From contig NC_043000.1 of NCBI RefSeq assembly GCF_006345805.1, positions 126,108,001 to 126,172,000 on the forward strand: a stretch of DNA of 64,000 nucleotides, given 5' to 3'. Below the pieces are notes generated by a model. That model worked only from the letters and a program-made list of their open reading frames with translations. It did not search any database and was not told where the DNA came from. Numbering within the stretch: position 1 is the stretch's first letter; each line of letters begins with the position of its first letter. This document shows, in pieces, positions 23,627-37,156 of the stretch. The stretch is from Octopus sinensis (Eukaryota). Position numbers and translations under genes: made by a program.

Positions 23627-25569
23627 ATTCATTTTTGCCAGCTCAGTGAACTGAAACAACGTGAAAAAAGTGTCTTGTGCAAGGACACAAGGTGCCGTCA
23701 GATAGAAAAATAGGAAATTCCAAGAGAAAGATATTTAGGAAGTTTAAAAAGAAACCCAATACATTTAGTAACACTCCTAATCTCAATATGGAAATTTAAG
23801 ACATGAAATAATGATTCAGTTTAACCCTTTTGAAAGCAAACCACCAGAAACCAGCCTTGATTCTACAATGCAACCTTCAGGGGATTTAAATGAAAACCTT
23901 CCACCAAAATTTCATACAAACTTAGGTTCCAAACAGCAGCTTAATAAAGACAAAGTTATTTTACTAACTTCATTATTTACGAAATTAATCAAAACAAATT
24001 GTATTTTAAAAGAAATCTAGAAACAGAAGGATATAAGAAATACTGAGAGGTAACATGGTTAAAATATGTTAAAGTCAGTTACTTTAAAGCTGATTGTGGA
24101 AAGCTGATAGTGTTCAGAATGTAAACAGTGGTAAGATGATAACAATGATAGCTTGGCCAAACAGAAGTAGATGTATATCATTTCAAACAAACATATTCTG
24201 ATGAATGGCTACTTGTAGTGCCGCAGTTGTATTATAACCTATGAAGCTCTACTCATCTTACATTTTGAAGCTACAAACGATTACAGGAAATATTGTTCTA
24301 AATCTGAGATGATTTATTTCGTCTGGCCTGAGGAAAATATTAATGGTAGCAAAGATTCATTTTTGATAAATGGCAACAAAATCCATGTTTGGAAATGTTG
24401 GTATTGCAATGCTTTAAAGTAAATTATTGAGGAAGAATCATCTACTTCATGTATGAGGTCTGCATAAAAAGAAACTCAAAAAGCATGCCAACCAGACATT
24501 GCAGTTTACTCACGACCGCAGTTTTGTTTATGAGTGACATGACCTTCAATCTAATAATAGGCACGTCACACTACATCAGCCACTAATTTTAGAGTGAACA
24601 CATGTTTAGTGCACTTGGTATTTTAACAGAATTTGAACAATGTAGAATTTGGAAGACCATGTTTGTGTGAAATATCATTTCAAATTTAGGAAAACTGACA
24701 GATTATTCTAATGTTGCAACAGGTCTAATGAGGAGTCAATGCATTGACACAAGTGGTACCATTTATTTTAAATAAGGAAGAACGTCCAAAGGGAATCCCA
24801 GATTCAGACAACCTCCCATGATATCAGAGAATCACATGGCTAGAAATATGTTCTGTTTCATGAAAATCCTTATCTGACTATCCATGAAATTTCTGATGAA
24901 ATAGGTATCTGTAAAAATCCATGCTACCTCATCATTTTAACATTCACTTTTCCTTGCTTACAAGGGTCACATGGAGTATATTGAGGTGGATTTTCTACAG
25001 CCTACAGAAGGCAGACATGCTAACCTGGTAGGGCCCACCAGAGTAGCAGCTCCCTATTTCTCCATGCTCTACCTGCCACTAATTCCTACTTGTTTCCAAG
25101 CAAGGTAATATTTCCCCATAGCCAGATTTATTAGAAATAAATGGCATTTACAACAGTCACACATCAAGACAAGAAGACACAAACAAACACACACAATGAG
25201 CTTCTTTCAGTTTCTGTCTACCAAATCCACTCACAAGTCTTCCATCAGCATGGAGCAAACTTTGCAGAAAACACTAACAAACAGTGTCTAAATTAAACAA
25301 GTATTGCATTTCAAAACTGATTAGAAGCATTAATGTCACAAGTGTGTATGACCTGGTAGCATGTACCATGTTTCACTGATCATTTTAAGTGAACCATTGG
25401 CCCTTCCAAATTTTGATATAGGAGAATACTGAGGGGGTGACAGCTGGAGATAGAAAGGATTACTTCAGCTGGAGAATCATCAAACAAGGAAGAGAGAGAG
25501 AGAAAAAGAGAGCAATAAACTCAGCAAAAATTTGTGCAGGACGGTGTAGGTGATATAAGTTATTAACCA

Positions 25570-26095
25570 AATATAATAATAATGAAATTATTGTGTATGG
25601 TGCTCAGGTGCACTACAACTCATTAAAGGTACATGTATAGTGCATGGAATTATGTACAAAAGTCAGGAAAGTGAACAATGTAAGAGTCATGATATACATG
25701 TGTGTATGCATATATCAGGTGTAGTGTTGGCAAATTTCAGGAAGCATGGAGATTTTAAAGGATGCAATGTCTCGGCAACTAACAATTGATGCAGTTAGTT
25801 TGGCTTCAGCAACTCTGAGTGTGAAAAAATGGTTCCAAAATCATGGGAGCTGTGCTGTTTTCTGACTTTGTAGGCACACCCACATGTTAGACACATGGAG
25901 CTCAAAGAGGTTTGCAAGGTAGTTGTTGGTGTGATGATTAATAATTTTGTGGGTGTTTACTAAGTCAGTTGCCACACGTTGGAACTTCAATGTATCTATG
26001 CCCAGGGAAGCAAGGTGTTCAGAGTATGGTAGATGCCTGATGGAGGGTATTCGCTTCGCTTGGTTGCATGTCTCTGAATAGTTTCCAGGAGGTAA
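25570..26095 (-). mobile_element. CR1-like LINE 3' fragment
   Basis: Minus strand contains FFTLRVAEA..KLTASIVSCRDIASFKISMLPEICQHYT*, resembling the CR1 ORF2 C-terminus (FF..RV...WN.LP...V......FK). Confidence 0.6.
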
Positions 26096-26274
26096 AATAT
26101 ATAAATGTATAAAAGTGAAGGAGAGATGAAAGAGAACTAAAATCTAACATGAGGACCTGACAAGGAGGTGGAGGAATGAAAAAAAAAAATCAGCTTCAAT
26201 GAGATTTAGCTGCTATTACTATCACTCTCTAGCAATAATGTAGCAAGGTCTAAAGACATTTTTTAACAAAAGAC

Positions 26275-26548
26275 AGTGGTCAAGAAGAGTGAGAGGACTG
26301 AGCCTTGTCTGGCACCTGTGTCGGTGGCACATAAAAACACCATCCGAGCGTGGCCGTTCGCCAGCCTCGTCTGGCACCTGTGTCGGTGGCACATAAAATC
26401 ACCCACTACACTCTCGGAGTGGTTGGCATTAGGAAGGGCATCCAGCTGTAGAAACACTGCCAGATCTGACTGGCCTGGTGCAGCCTTCGGGCTCCCCAGA
26501 CACCAGTTGAACCGTCCAACCCATGCTAGCATGGAAAGCGGACGTTAA

Positions 26549-26580
<32 letters not shown>

Positions 26581-26581
26581 C
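26275..26581 (+). mobile_element. young RTE 3' end with long (GAT)n tail
   Basis: Two tandem ~57-bp modules (GTCTGGCACCTGTGTCGGTGGCACATAAAA), the family 3' end, and ~11 GAT units. Confidence 0.8.
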
Positions 26582-26758
26582 GTGGGAGAAGACAGCAGAC
26601 AAATATAAACTGGAGTGATAAAGAAGTGCTACTTTACTTGGTCTGTAAAGCACTTGTTAGTTCTCAGTAGGATACACACAACAGATTTCAGACTACGATT
26701 AACAATGTCGCCTTAAAGGCCAAATCAGCCTGCCTTATACTGCTTAGTTTTCTGACTG

Positions 26759-27107
26759 AAGGTGCAATGAAGCCTACTTTTCCAAAACAATTCCATTTCA
26801 TCAACAAAGACAAGTCATACAGTTTAACCAGCTTGTTTCAATACAACAAAACAACTGTCTTTTTTTACTTTCTTTTATCTTTTGTTTCAGTCATTGAACT
26901 ATGGCCATGCTGGGGCACCACCCTGAAGGGTTTTAGTCAAATCAGACCCAAGTATTTATATATATATATATATATATATATAGCATGGCCATAGTTCAAT
27001 GACTGAGACAAAAGATAAAAGAAAGTCAAAAAAGACAAACAAGCTGGTTAAACTGTAATGACCTGTCTTTGTTGATTGTTTTGGAAAAGCAGGCTTCATT
27101 GCACCTT
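26759..27107. repeat. local inverted duplication (26759-26911 / 26982-27107) with a SINE piece and (TA)n in the loop
   Basis: The reverse complement of the right arm matches the left arm except two indels (10 and 18 nt) and a few substitutions. Confidence 0.9.
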
Positions 27108-27364
27108 ATATATAAAGCACAATTTATACATAATCAAGTGTTCGAAAACGGAGGTACTACTGTAATACTTTGCTTGGACACAAGTGACAGCTGGCAACAA
27201 GAGGGGCATCTGGCTAAAGAAAACCTGCTTCAAAAGACTCTAATCTATGTAATTAGAAAAGTGGACAATACAATTTTTTTCTCAAAATATCAAGTTGAAA
27301 ATAGATTTCTTACAAAAACAAACCAAACAGTCAGACATCATTCATAAAAAGCAAATGTACTTAC

Positions 27365-27521
27365 AGAAGCTGCCCATAACTTTGCACTTTCATTAACATG
27401 CTTCATGAGACCCAAGCAGATTCCACCAATGTCATCAGTACCATTTGTATCAAAACAGTGGTTTTTCACATGATGTGACTTTACTGGATAATGTCCAAAT
27501 GCAATTTTTCGACCATCAACT
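27365..27521 (-). CDS. internal coding exon of the unidentified minus-strand gene
   Basis: TTTTATTTCAG| acceptor and |GTAAGT donor. 157 nt open as VDGRKIAFGHYPVKSHHVKNHCFDTNGTDDIGGICLGLMKHVNESAKLWAAS (phase 2 to 0). Confidence 0.7.
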
Positions 27522-27671
27522 CTGAAATAAAATAGGATATTTTATGAAACAATATTTGATAATATAAAAGACACATAGGCATAATAGATGCATCCCAATT
27601 TCAGCAGTGCATATTTAGGGGGGAAAAAATGTTTAGTGAATTAAAACATGTAATATTTAAAACAATCAAGG

Positions 27672-27900
27672 CATTGAGCTGGCAGAAACGTTAGCACACC
27701 AGGTGAAATGCTTAGCGGTATTTCGTCTGCCGCTACATTCTGAGTTCAAATTCCGCCGAGGTCGACTTTGCCTTTCATCCTTTTGGGGTCGATTAAATAA
27801 GTACCAGTTATGCACTGGGGTTGATATAATCGACTTAATCCATTTGTCTGTCCTTGTTTGTCCCTTCTGTGTTTAGCCCCTTGTGGGTAGTAAAGTAATA
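27672..27900 (+). mobile_element. MetaSINE-type SINE followed by an older headless copy (to ~28050)
   Basis: Same family as 18952-19175, high identity by eye. Confidence 0.7.
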
Positions 27901-28779
27901 GGTATTTTATCTGTCTTTACCGTCCAAGTTCAAATTCTGCCACGGTCAGCTTTGCCTTTCATCCTTTTGGGGTTGATAAACTAAGTTAAGCACTGGAGTC
28001 AATTTAATTGACTTACCCAGTCCCCAAAACTGCTGGCCTTGAGCCAAAATTTGAAACCAATATCTAAAGCAATCTAGCAGTACATTACAAAAGTTCCTTA
28101 GCTACAGTAGAAAACATTAGTGTATATGAAAAACTAAGTTAGCAGTACAGCTAATCATGAAGTAAGAAATCACGATAGAGGAAACATGATTACAGTAACA
28201 TGCAGGAATACACTTTATATAAAAAGCAAGCTTCCACTACAGTTGAACATAAACCAAAACATATTAACAAAAAATTTAATCATCTTCTAAGCCAGAAAAA
28301 TCTTTATCAAATCCTATGAACTTGTCAACTTCACATATAGGATCCAGGGAGACTTCTTAAGATTTTTTTTTTACATAGAAAAAAGTGCATCTTACATGCC
28401 ATAACTTTATTATGCCATATGGTTAAGAGGAGATGTTCTTATCATCATCATCATCATCGTTTAACGTCCGTTCTCCATGCTAGCATGGGTTGGACGGTTC
28501 GACCGGGGATCTGGAAAGCCAGAAGGCTGCACCAGGCTCCAGTCTTATCTGGCAATGTTTCTACAGCTGGATGCTCTTCCTAACGCCAACCACTCCGTGA
28601 GTGTAGTGGGTGCTTTTTACGGCTTTCTTATGGAAATCATATTTGAATGCTATGGTATCCATACAGCTCCAATAATTTGCACTTTCTCTTATAATATGCA
28701 GTGATATAGCATTAGGTGTCTACATTTTAAGAAATAAGCTTTACGAATTTTACATTTACGAAGTTGTGTTGCAAGATTC

Positions 28780-29105
28780 TTATTGAAACAAATATTGTTA
28801 TATTTCGGCATAGTCATTGTTTTTGTTGCCAAAAACACACACACAATATATTCGTTCTTCATTTATTACCGCTTTTATTTTAACAGATGTCCATTGTCTG
28901 GAAATCTTTTGTCAAACATCTGTGACCTCTTCAGCGACACTTTCCATCCTTGTGTATCCTCCTGCTCTACTTAGCTCACTCCGTCCTTGGACACCAGTTA
29001 AAATAAGAACAGTAATAAACGAGTGAAGAACGAATATATAGTGTGTGTTTATTTGGCAAAATTTTTTTTTTAAATGACCGTCCCGAAATACAACAACAGT
29101 TTTAC
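28780..29105. mobile_element. foldback/MITE-like element with ~100-bp imperfect TIRs and a ~112-bp core
   Basis: Best arm match 28826-28884 vs 28997-29059 (TTGCCAAA..ACACAC..ATATATTCGTTCTTCA..TTTATTAC..TTATTTTAAC), with weaker extension outward. Confidence 0.7.
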
Positions 29106-30932
29106 AAATGTTTAACATAAAAGTTAAATCTTGAAGTAAGTATTCATTCATGATTTAACCCTTTAGCATTCAGATTACTCCATCAAATGCAATGCTTACT
29201 TATTCACACAGTTTTGAAATAAATAATAATAATAACAATAATAATAAGCAGTACCAGGCAGTGGCTCTCATGGCTTCTGATCTTAACTGATTGGAAGTGT
29301 TATCATGTACATTGTTTGGTCTTGTTATAAAAGATGGGCTACAGCAAATATTCTGTTCAATACCACAGATTTGCTTATCATTGTTTGACCTTAACCAGTT
29401 GAGCATGTCCCTTAGTGGCTGACGATATGTACATTTCTGATCACGAGCAGAAGTAGTGGGGGAGCATCACAGCCAAGTGTTGAGAGGGATCCTTTGAGGT
29501 TTGAATAATTCACCTCTGGAAACATGGGTGTTTCATTCAACATCCTTAAACAATCTTTATTCAGAGACCATTTGAGCAGGATGGGTTACACAACCAGAAG
29601 AAAATTCTAACTGGGCCCCACCTGCAAGGTCATGTGCAGTTTATCTTGATATGAGATCACCATGTTGCACACATATGGTTGTGATGCATGTGCCTAGTGT
29701 ACCCTTCTCAGGCGGGTAGTCATGATGGGTATATTGGGCTTCATATATTTTACCCCAGTGTCACATTAATGGCATGCACTGCTCTCTCACTCAATAATAA
29801 AGCATAAATTTTACAGCTTCAAAATTTCAGTGACATGATTGCTTACTTGTGGAATGACAGTGAAGGGTAGATATAAGAGACCAGGTTAGGTTAGTTTTAA
29901 AGTAAAACAGGCAGAGCATTTGTGCCAGATATGGCTATGCCAAAGATTAACAAGGACTACAACTACATCATAAGCTCTTGAATAGTAATTCTTCAAGTTC
30001 ATTTGATATGTACATGAAAGTAATAAACTCAAGTGAATATAGAGATAAATGTATTATTTTTCAAAAGTTTTTCTTTCCAACAAAGTAATTTTAAAACAAA
30101 ATAATCAAAAACAAAGACCTGAAATCTTTCAGAAAAAAAAAAAAACTGTTGACATTAATTCCTTCTATACTATTCATGAACTAATAAAACAAAATCAAGC
30201 AATTACAGACTGCAAAATCTGCTTCACACTACAAAAAGTTAGTAGTTCCAAAGATACTAAACAACAATAATGAGCACAAGGCTCTATTGTACATAAATGA
30301 AAATAAGAAAAGAAACGCTTGCCAATAATGAAGGCATTACTGTATACTGTTTCACTTTCTGCAATATTTATATGCTTATATATACATGTCCCAGATCTGA
30401 ATTAAAGACATTGTGAGAAAGTGAAAAAATATAATTCACAGTTGTTTTATCTCCTCCCCCATTCTGCCTTTCTTTCTGCTTTATTCTCCCACACTGTCTT
30501 TTTTTTTTTTCTCACACTTTCTCATAATTTGCTGCTTTTTCTATATCACCCAGCCTCACTTTTTCTAAGGCAAAGGAATATGAGGGGGATAGGTTAAGAA
30601 CAAAGTATAATTGACAACCCTTTGATTAGTAATAAAAGAGAAGGAAAGTAACAACCAAATAAATATACAGAAAACTCCTCTGGGCATCATTAGTAGGCCA
30701 CAAGGTGATTGGGCAGTGAGCAAAGATCAAGTGGGTCTATGATCAAGGCATTCCAGTTGTGACTATCACATCACTATCTTATGTAACTTTTCTTCTTTCT
30801 TTTTTTAAGCCTGGTACTTATTCTATCAGCCTCATTTGCTAAACTACTAAGTTATGGGTATGTAAACACACCAACAATGGTTGCCTAGCAGTGGTGGGGA
30901 CAAACACACACACACACAATAGATATATATAT

Positions 30933-31312
30933 TCTTTTACTTGTTTCAGTCATTTGACTGGGGCCATGCTGGAGCACCGCCTTTAGTCAAACAAATTGAC
31001 CCCAAGACTTATTCTCTGTAAGCCTAGTACATATTCTATCAGTCTCTTTTACCGAACTGCTAAGTTACGGGAACGTAAACACACCAGCATCGGTTGTCAA
31101 GCAATGCTGGGGGGAAAAACACAGGCACACAAACATATACACACACATACATATATACGATGGGCTTCTTTCAGTTTCCATCTACCAAATCCACTCACAA
31201 GGCTTTGGTCGGCCCAAGGCTATAGTAGATGACACTTGCCCAAGGTGCCACGCAGTGGGACTTACCATGTGGTTGGTAAGCAAGCTACTTACCACACAGC
31301 CACTCCTACGCC
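30933..31312 (-). mobile_element. major CORE-like SINE
   Basis: Family identity with 63581-63991; small deletion in the head. Confidence 0.8.
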
Positions 31313-31314
31313 TT

Positions 31315-31426
<112 letters not shown>

Positions 31427-31955
31427 GTAATTGATTGTGACCTATTTCGGTCATGAATGACCATGGAATTACACCTAGAAAGTTACCCTCTGAGGTACAA
31501 GTCTGGGCAAGGTTGTTTATGGAAGACCAGCAAGTCGCCCATGCATACCAGCCTCCCCTCTCCACACCACCGATGTTATCCAAGGGAAAGGCAAAGGCCG
31601 ATGCAGCTTGGCACCAGTAACGTCGCAGCTCATTTATTAACCTGCAAGTGGCTGAGCACTCCACAGACACGTGTACCCTTAACATAGTTCTCAAGGAGAT
31701 TCAGCATGACACAGAGTGTGACAAAGCTGGCCCTTTGAAATACAGGTACAACAGAAACAGGAAGAAAGAGTGAGAGAAAGTTGTGGTGAAAGAGTACAGC
31801 AGGGTTCACCCCCCCCCCCCACCCCCGCCTGCCGGAGCCTCGTGGAGCTTTAGGTGTTTTTACTCAATAAACACTCACAATGCCTGGTCTGGGAATTGAA
31901 ACTGTGATCCTACAACTATGAGTCTGCTGCCCTAACCACTGGGCCATTGCGCCTC

Positions 31956-31987
<32 letters not shown>

Positions 31988-32430
31988 TAATTGGTTTCTT
32001 TTAGTTTCTATCTACCAAATCCACTCACAAGGCTTTTTGATGGCCCAAGGCTATAGAAGAAGATATTTTCCCTAGGTGGCACACAGGGTCTGAACCTGGA
32101 ACTATGTCATTGGGAAGCAAACTTCTTATCACATAGCTGTGCTTGTACTTGCTACGTTTAACATAGTGTATTAATTAAGATGGTTTTAAATTTCTGTCAC
32201 CATGATAAAGAAAGAACTGCTGTACCAGGTGATTAGGATACCAAACGAAAGCTTCCTTTTCAAAGCCAGCAATGCACTATGATTTCCCTGCCTCTATGAT
32301 GCTTACTTCTTACCTTTTACTTGTTGCAGTCATTGAAATGTGCCAATACTGGAGCACCACCTTGAAGGATTTTAGTTGAACGAATTGTCCTCCATTATTT
32401 TTTTCCTTTTTTGTCTGGTGATCTCTTTTG

Positions 32431-32596
32431 CTGCACCGTTCAGTCAAATGGATGTAAACAAACCAATACAAGTTTTCAAGCAATGGGAAGGGGGACAAAC
32501 ATAGACACAAAAGCATATGTGATGGGTTTCCACAGTTTCTGCCAACTAAATTCACTTACAAGGCATTTTGTGGCAATCCTGACCTGCTTCCAAGAG

Positions 32597-32629
<33 letters not shown>

Positions 32630-33309
32630 TGCGCGCACATGTGTCTTCTCTTAACATTGCCTGATTGTTGTAGATGAGTATCCTTCATTTCCAATATTCT
32701 GCAAAAAAACATGTCTGGCCAAGGGGAACTATTATTTTTGCTTGGAAACGGGTAAGGCCCACCAACAAAACAAGCATCCACCTGTAAAAAATTTGCCACA
32801 GTAAACTCCAAGCAAGCCTGGAAAAGTGAGCATCAAAAAGAAGAGGGATTCCTATATCAAAGACAGACATGGTGTCTGGCTGACAAATAGTGTTTGTCAC
32901 ACACTTCAGTTTTTAACTTCACTAAGCTGATTGTTAAATCACAGGATTATCAGTGTTTTTATAGGATTTTCAAACAACCACTGCAGAGTTAAATTCAAGT
33001 ATTTGTCACAAATTAATGTTAACAGATTATTCCTATTATGGATTATGGCAATTAAAGTAGTTGATAGCATAAAAGACACATGGGTATATTAGATACTCCT
33101 CATTTCATCATCATCCTCATCAAGGGGAACTGTTACTTGACTTGGAAGCAGGTCAGGATTGCAACAAATGCCTTGTAAGTGAATTTAGTTGAGAGAAACT
33201 GTGGAAGCCCATCATATATCAGTGTGTTTTTGTGTCTAGGTTTGTCCCCCTTCCCATTGCTTGAAAACCTGTGTTAGTTTGTTTACATCCATGTAACTGA
33301 ATGGTGCAG
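32431..33309. repeat. inverted pair of SINE-derived segments (32431-32594 / 33141-33309)
   Basis: Both carry the same non-consensus block CTTGGAAGCAGGTCAGGATTGC.ACAAA.TGCCTTGTAAGTGAATTTAGTTG in opposite orientation. Confidence 0.75.
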
Positions 33310-36300
33310 TGTACTAGGTGCTCTTTACATGGCACCAGCATGGGTACTCTAAATGTGGCATTGACACAGGTTCTTTTTATGTAGCACCAGTGGTTTGTAT
33401 GCTTGGGAAAAATATACAATCAATCTTATAGGAGGCCCAACATCACATATAGAACCTGGGGAGGGGGGATTTTTTAAACTTTTATTTTTTTAAAGGTGCA
33501 TCTTATATGCCATCAAATATGGTAGGTTTTCAGCAATATAAATCATTTCAATTTCAATTTCATCTCAGAACTGCAAAGCAGAAAGATCCCATATTCCTCT
33601 CACAAAATAAATAAATCATCACCATTATTATCATCATTATCGTTTTCCATGCTGGCATGGACTGGACAGTTTGAGTGGGGACTGGCAAGCAAGGAGGCCG
33701 CACCAGGCTCTAATCTGATCTGGCAATGTTTCTACAGCTGGATGCCCTTCCTAAAGCCAAGCACTCCGAGAGTGTAGTGGGTGCTTTTTATGTGCCACCA
33801 GCACGAGAGCCAGTCAGACAGTACTGGCATCAGCCACATTCAGATAGTAAGAAACTATATTAAATAAAATATATTTTATTTTATAACCAAATCAAAAACT
33901 GAAGGAAAAGTTGTTGATAAACTAGAGCAGGATGTGTAGAAAATTAAAAAAAAAAAAAAAAGAAAAAAGGCTGAACAGCTAGCCATGATGCTGGATTATC
34001 AACTCAAAGAACTTGGGTTTGAATAAACAATAGACATCTTGTTGCATATTTAGACAAAAATTATTGCAAGTTTAGTCCATATGGTCAGAATTAAAATCAA
34101 GCCATTGCATTGTATCACTAAACAAGGCACATAACTCTGTTTGCTCCAACTTGTGAATGTCCAAGTTAAAGACACTGGACAACTATCCATAGGTCAGTAG
34201 TTCATGTTCTGTTAGTCACCAGGATACCACATCCTCTCCCTGGCTAAAGGCCTTGAAGTTTTAAATATGGTTCACCTTGCTGAAAATAGTACTACGGGAT
34301 AGAAAACGAATCACCCTTGTAAGTACACTATAAAATTAACAAGCATTTCATTAGGCTGTAGGGAAGAGTCCAAATCAAGTAAGACAAAAATGCAGTGAAA
34401 GTGATAAGTATTATATCAGTGCCTCTTAACTGTCTTAGTACACCATTACTTTGAATTTCGACTTAGATTCTAATGAATGGCGAAGCTAGAGTCATAGTTA
34501 GGATCCTTGAAGCAGTCTTCTACATTCACCACTTCATTGTAGCAACTTTTTCAACAAAACCATTCCTAAGTTGTTTTGGAAACTCTACCTTCCTTTGCAA
34601 TGAGTGTATGTGTGTCTATGTGAGTAGATGGTAGATTATTAGGGGGTTATTAGGAAATTTGGTTGTGTTTTCTAGCAGTTCAAAGAAATAGGTAAAAACT
34701 TAATAATTAGCTTGAATTATAACAGGTAGCAAGGGCACCTAACTGTAAAACGAAATAAATACCATGACACTTACGGTAGCTTTAATAAATAGATGTAAAG
34801 AATGATAAGTTAAATACTATTGCATATGTGCCCCCAATTACTTGTTGAAAACAAGCACCAAGATAATATGTGAATGTCCAAAATAAAGATTTGTCTTTCA
34901 TCTGACTTATTGTCATAAATCCAAAGGTAAGCCTTGATCTTTGAAAGTTTCTTGAGACAAAGGAGGTATTCACATTTTGCAAAGCTGTGAATACTGATTT
35001 AGCAACATGCGTATTTGCAAACAATGAAAAACCTAACTACAAAAGGCGAACTTAAACTGCCACTCTGGATTTGCTCTGGGGCTTAAACAATGACTGTTGT
35101 TGAAGTTCTACTAGATCAAAGTTGTTAATGCTTGAGAAGGCGAACAGGGAGGGAGGGAGAGAGAGAGAGAGAGAGAGAAGCAGGGTGGGGGTGGAGGTGG
35201 GTTGTTATGCCGATTAATCCTTTAGTAGCCATAATTTCAATGAACTATATTATACTTCAATTAATTTTTTAATAAACCAAGAATTCCGAGAGGTTTATAA
35301 AATAATCAAGTTTTAATTGGCTTTGAACATTATTCACCCCTTTATTACCATATTTCTTTTGTTCCAATTAATTTTGGAAATAACGAAAAATTTAGTGAAA
35401 TAATTTTTGTCATTGTTAAACTAGTATTTGGAACATAAATCAACATGAAATTTCAATAGAAGGTTTTTAGATCACTTAGGAAGGTTTGTATCATAGAATC
35501 AGGGATAGCCTTAGGCATGTGGGCTATCAAAAGGTTTTCACAAAAAAATGAGATTTTGTATTTTAGAGCCAATATTGGTGTCAGATGGGTTTTTACCAAA
35601 TAGTTAAAACAAGTTTCTGGGCCTCAATGACTCAAGTATTATATATTAAACCAATATCATCAAAGAAAAGTTCTTCTGGAGCAGCCTTTTTTCACTTGTG
35701 GTACACTTATATCCTTTTCAAAATCTTGCAGCACCCCTGAACTAAAAATATAACTAAAACTATAGGGAAAAAAATTATATTCAGGTTACACTGTGGCATG
35801 CCTAGCATTGTCTCATGGCACACCAGTGTGCCGTGGAATACCGGTTGTGGAGCACTGTCCTAGAGACATACAAAGTAAGACTTTTGCAGTGGTTAAGATG
35901 GGAAGAAGAGCAATGCCAATGATCTTGTTGAGAGCCTCTGTAACTAGAGAGAGGAAGTTATTGTCAAGCCAGAGAGGTTTGGACCAAATGCTTGCAGCAG
36001 AATGGCACCAACAAAAAGCATCCAAGGGCCAGTTAACAGATTAAGTCTATCACCTAAGGATAAGAATGGTTCCTCTAACAGGTTTCCATATCATCATCAT
36101 CATTTAACGTCTGCTTTCCATGCTAACATGGGTTGGACGACTTGACTGAGGATTGGCTAACCAGATGGCTGCACCAGGCTCTAATCTAATATGGCAGAGT
36201 TTCTACAGCTGGATGCCTTTCCAAATGCCAACCACTCCCAGAGTGTAGTGGGTGCTTTTTACGTGCCACCGGCACAAGGACCAGTCAGGTGGTACTGGCA

Positions 36301-37156
36301 ATGGCCACGCTCAAATGGTGTTTTTTACATGCCACCTGCACATATGATAACCTAATTTCACTCACAAAGTTTTGGTCCACTGAATGGTATCACAGAAGCT
36401 GCACAACTAAAGTATCGTGCAACACAACTGAATTCAAAGCCATGTAACTGCAAAGCCATTCCTTGAGAATTAGACTCAAAATTTGTGAAGGCACATGGCT
36501 CAGTGGTTAGAGCATCAAGCTCACAATCATGAGTTCGATTCCCAGACCAGGCTGTGTGTTGTGTTCTTAAGCAAGACACTTTATTTCACATTGCTCTAGT
36601 TCACTCAGCTGTAGCAACGAGTTTCGATGTCACTAGTGCCAAGCCATTCCCTTAGATAACTGGCGTGAAGAAGGGAAGCTGGTATGCATAGGAAACTGCT
36701 GGTCTTCCATAAACAACCTTTCTCAGATTTGTACCTTGGTGGGGAACTTTCTAAGTGCAATTCTATGGTCATTCATGACCGAAAGGGGTCTTTTTACTTT
36801 AGACTCAAAGTAAAAGAATCATTGTTTAAATAATTTTAAAATCTAGGTTACAGTTCTTTCTATGCTTCAATGCTAAAATTTCTCTGGTGACATACAAAGC
36901 TTTAATACTATGAACCATAACTTTCATTTCATGATAATATATTATTGATAGATTAAACCTCTAATCAAGTTTTGAAATAATTTATATTTGTCTCCAGAAA
37001 ATGAGCCTTAAAAAAATGTCTAAAATATGCTGAAATTCCTTGCTCAAATACAGCGAAAAACTATGTACACAATAAGATACCAAATGAAACTGATTGAAAT
37101 GTAGTTTAGATGTATATACTATAATGTATACTAGAAATTATAAATATTTACATATT

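Noticed and set aside
34782-35024. 80-aa hydrophobic ORF followed by a GTAAGT donor
   Set aside because: No recognisable homology, a non-ATG start, and no frame open through to the donor.
35872-35943. 72-nt phase 2-2 exon candidate (YRGSQQDHWHCSSSHLNHCKSLT)
   Set aside because: Splice signals are plausible and the frame is compatible, but it is not needed for the model and abuts a MITE; left unannotated without transcript data.
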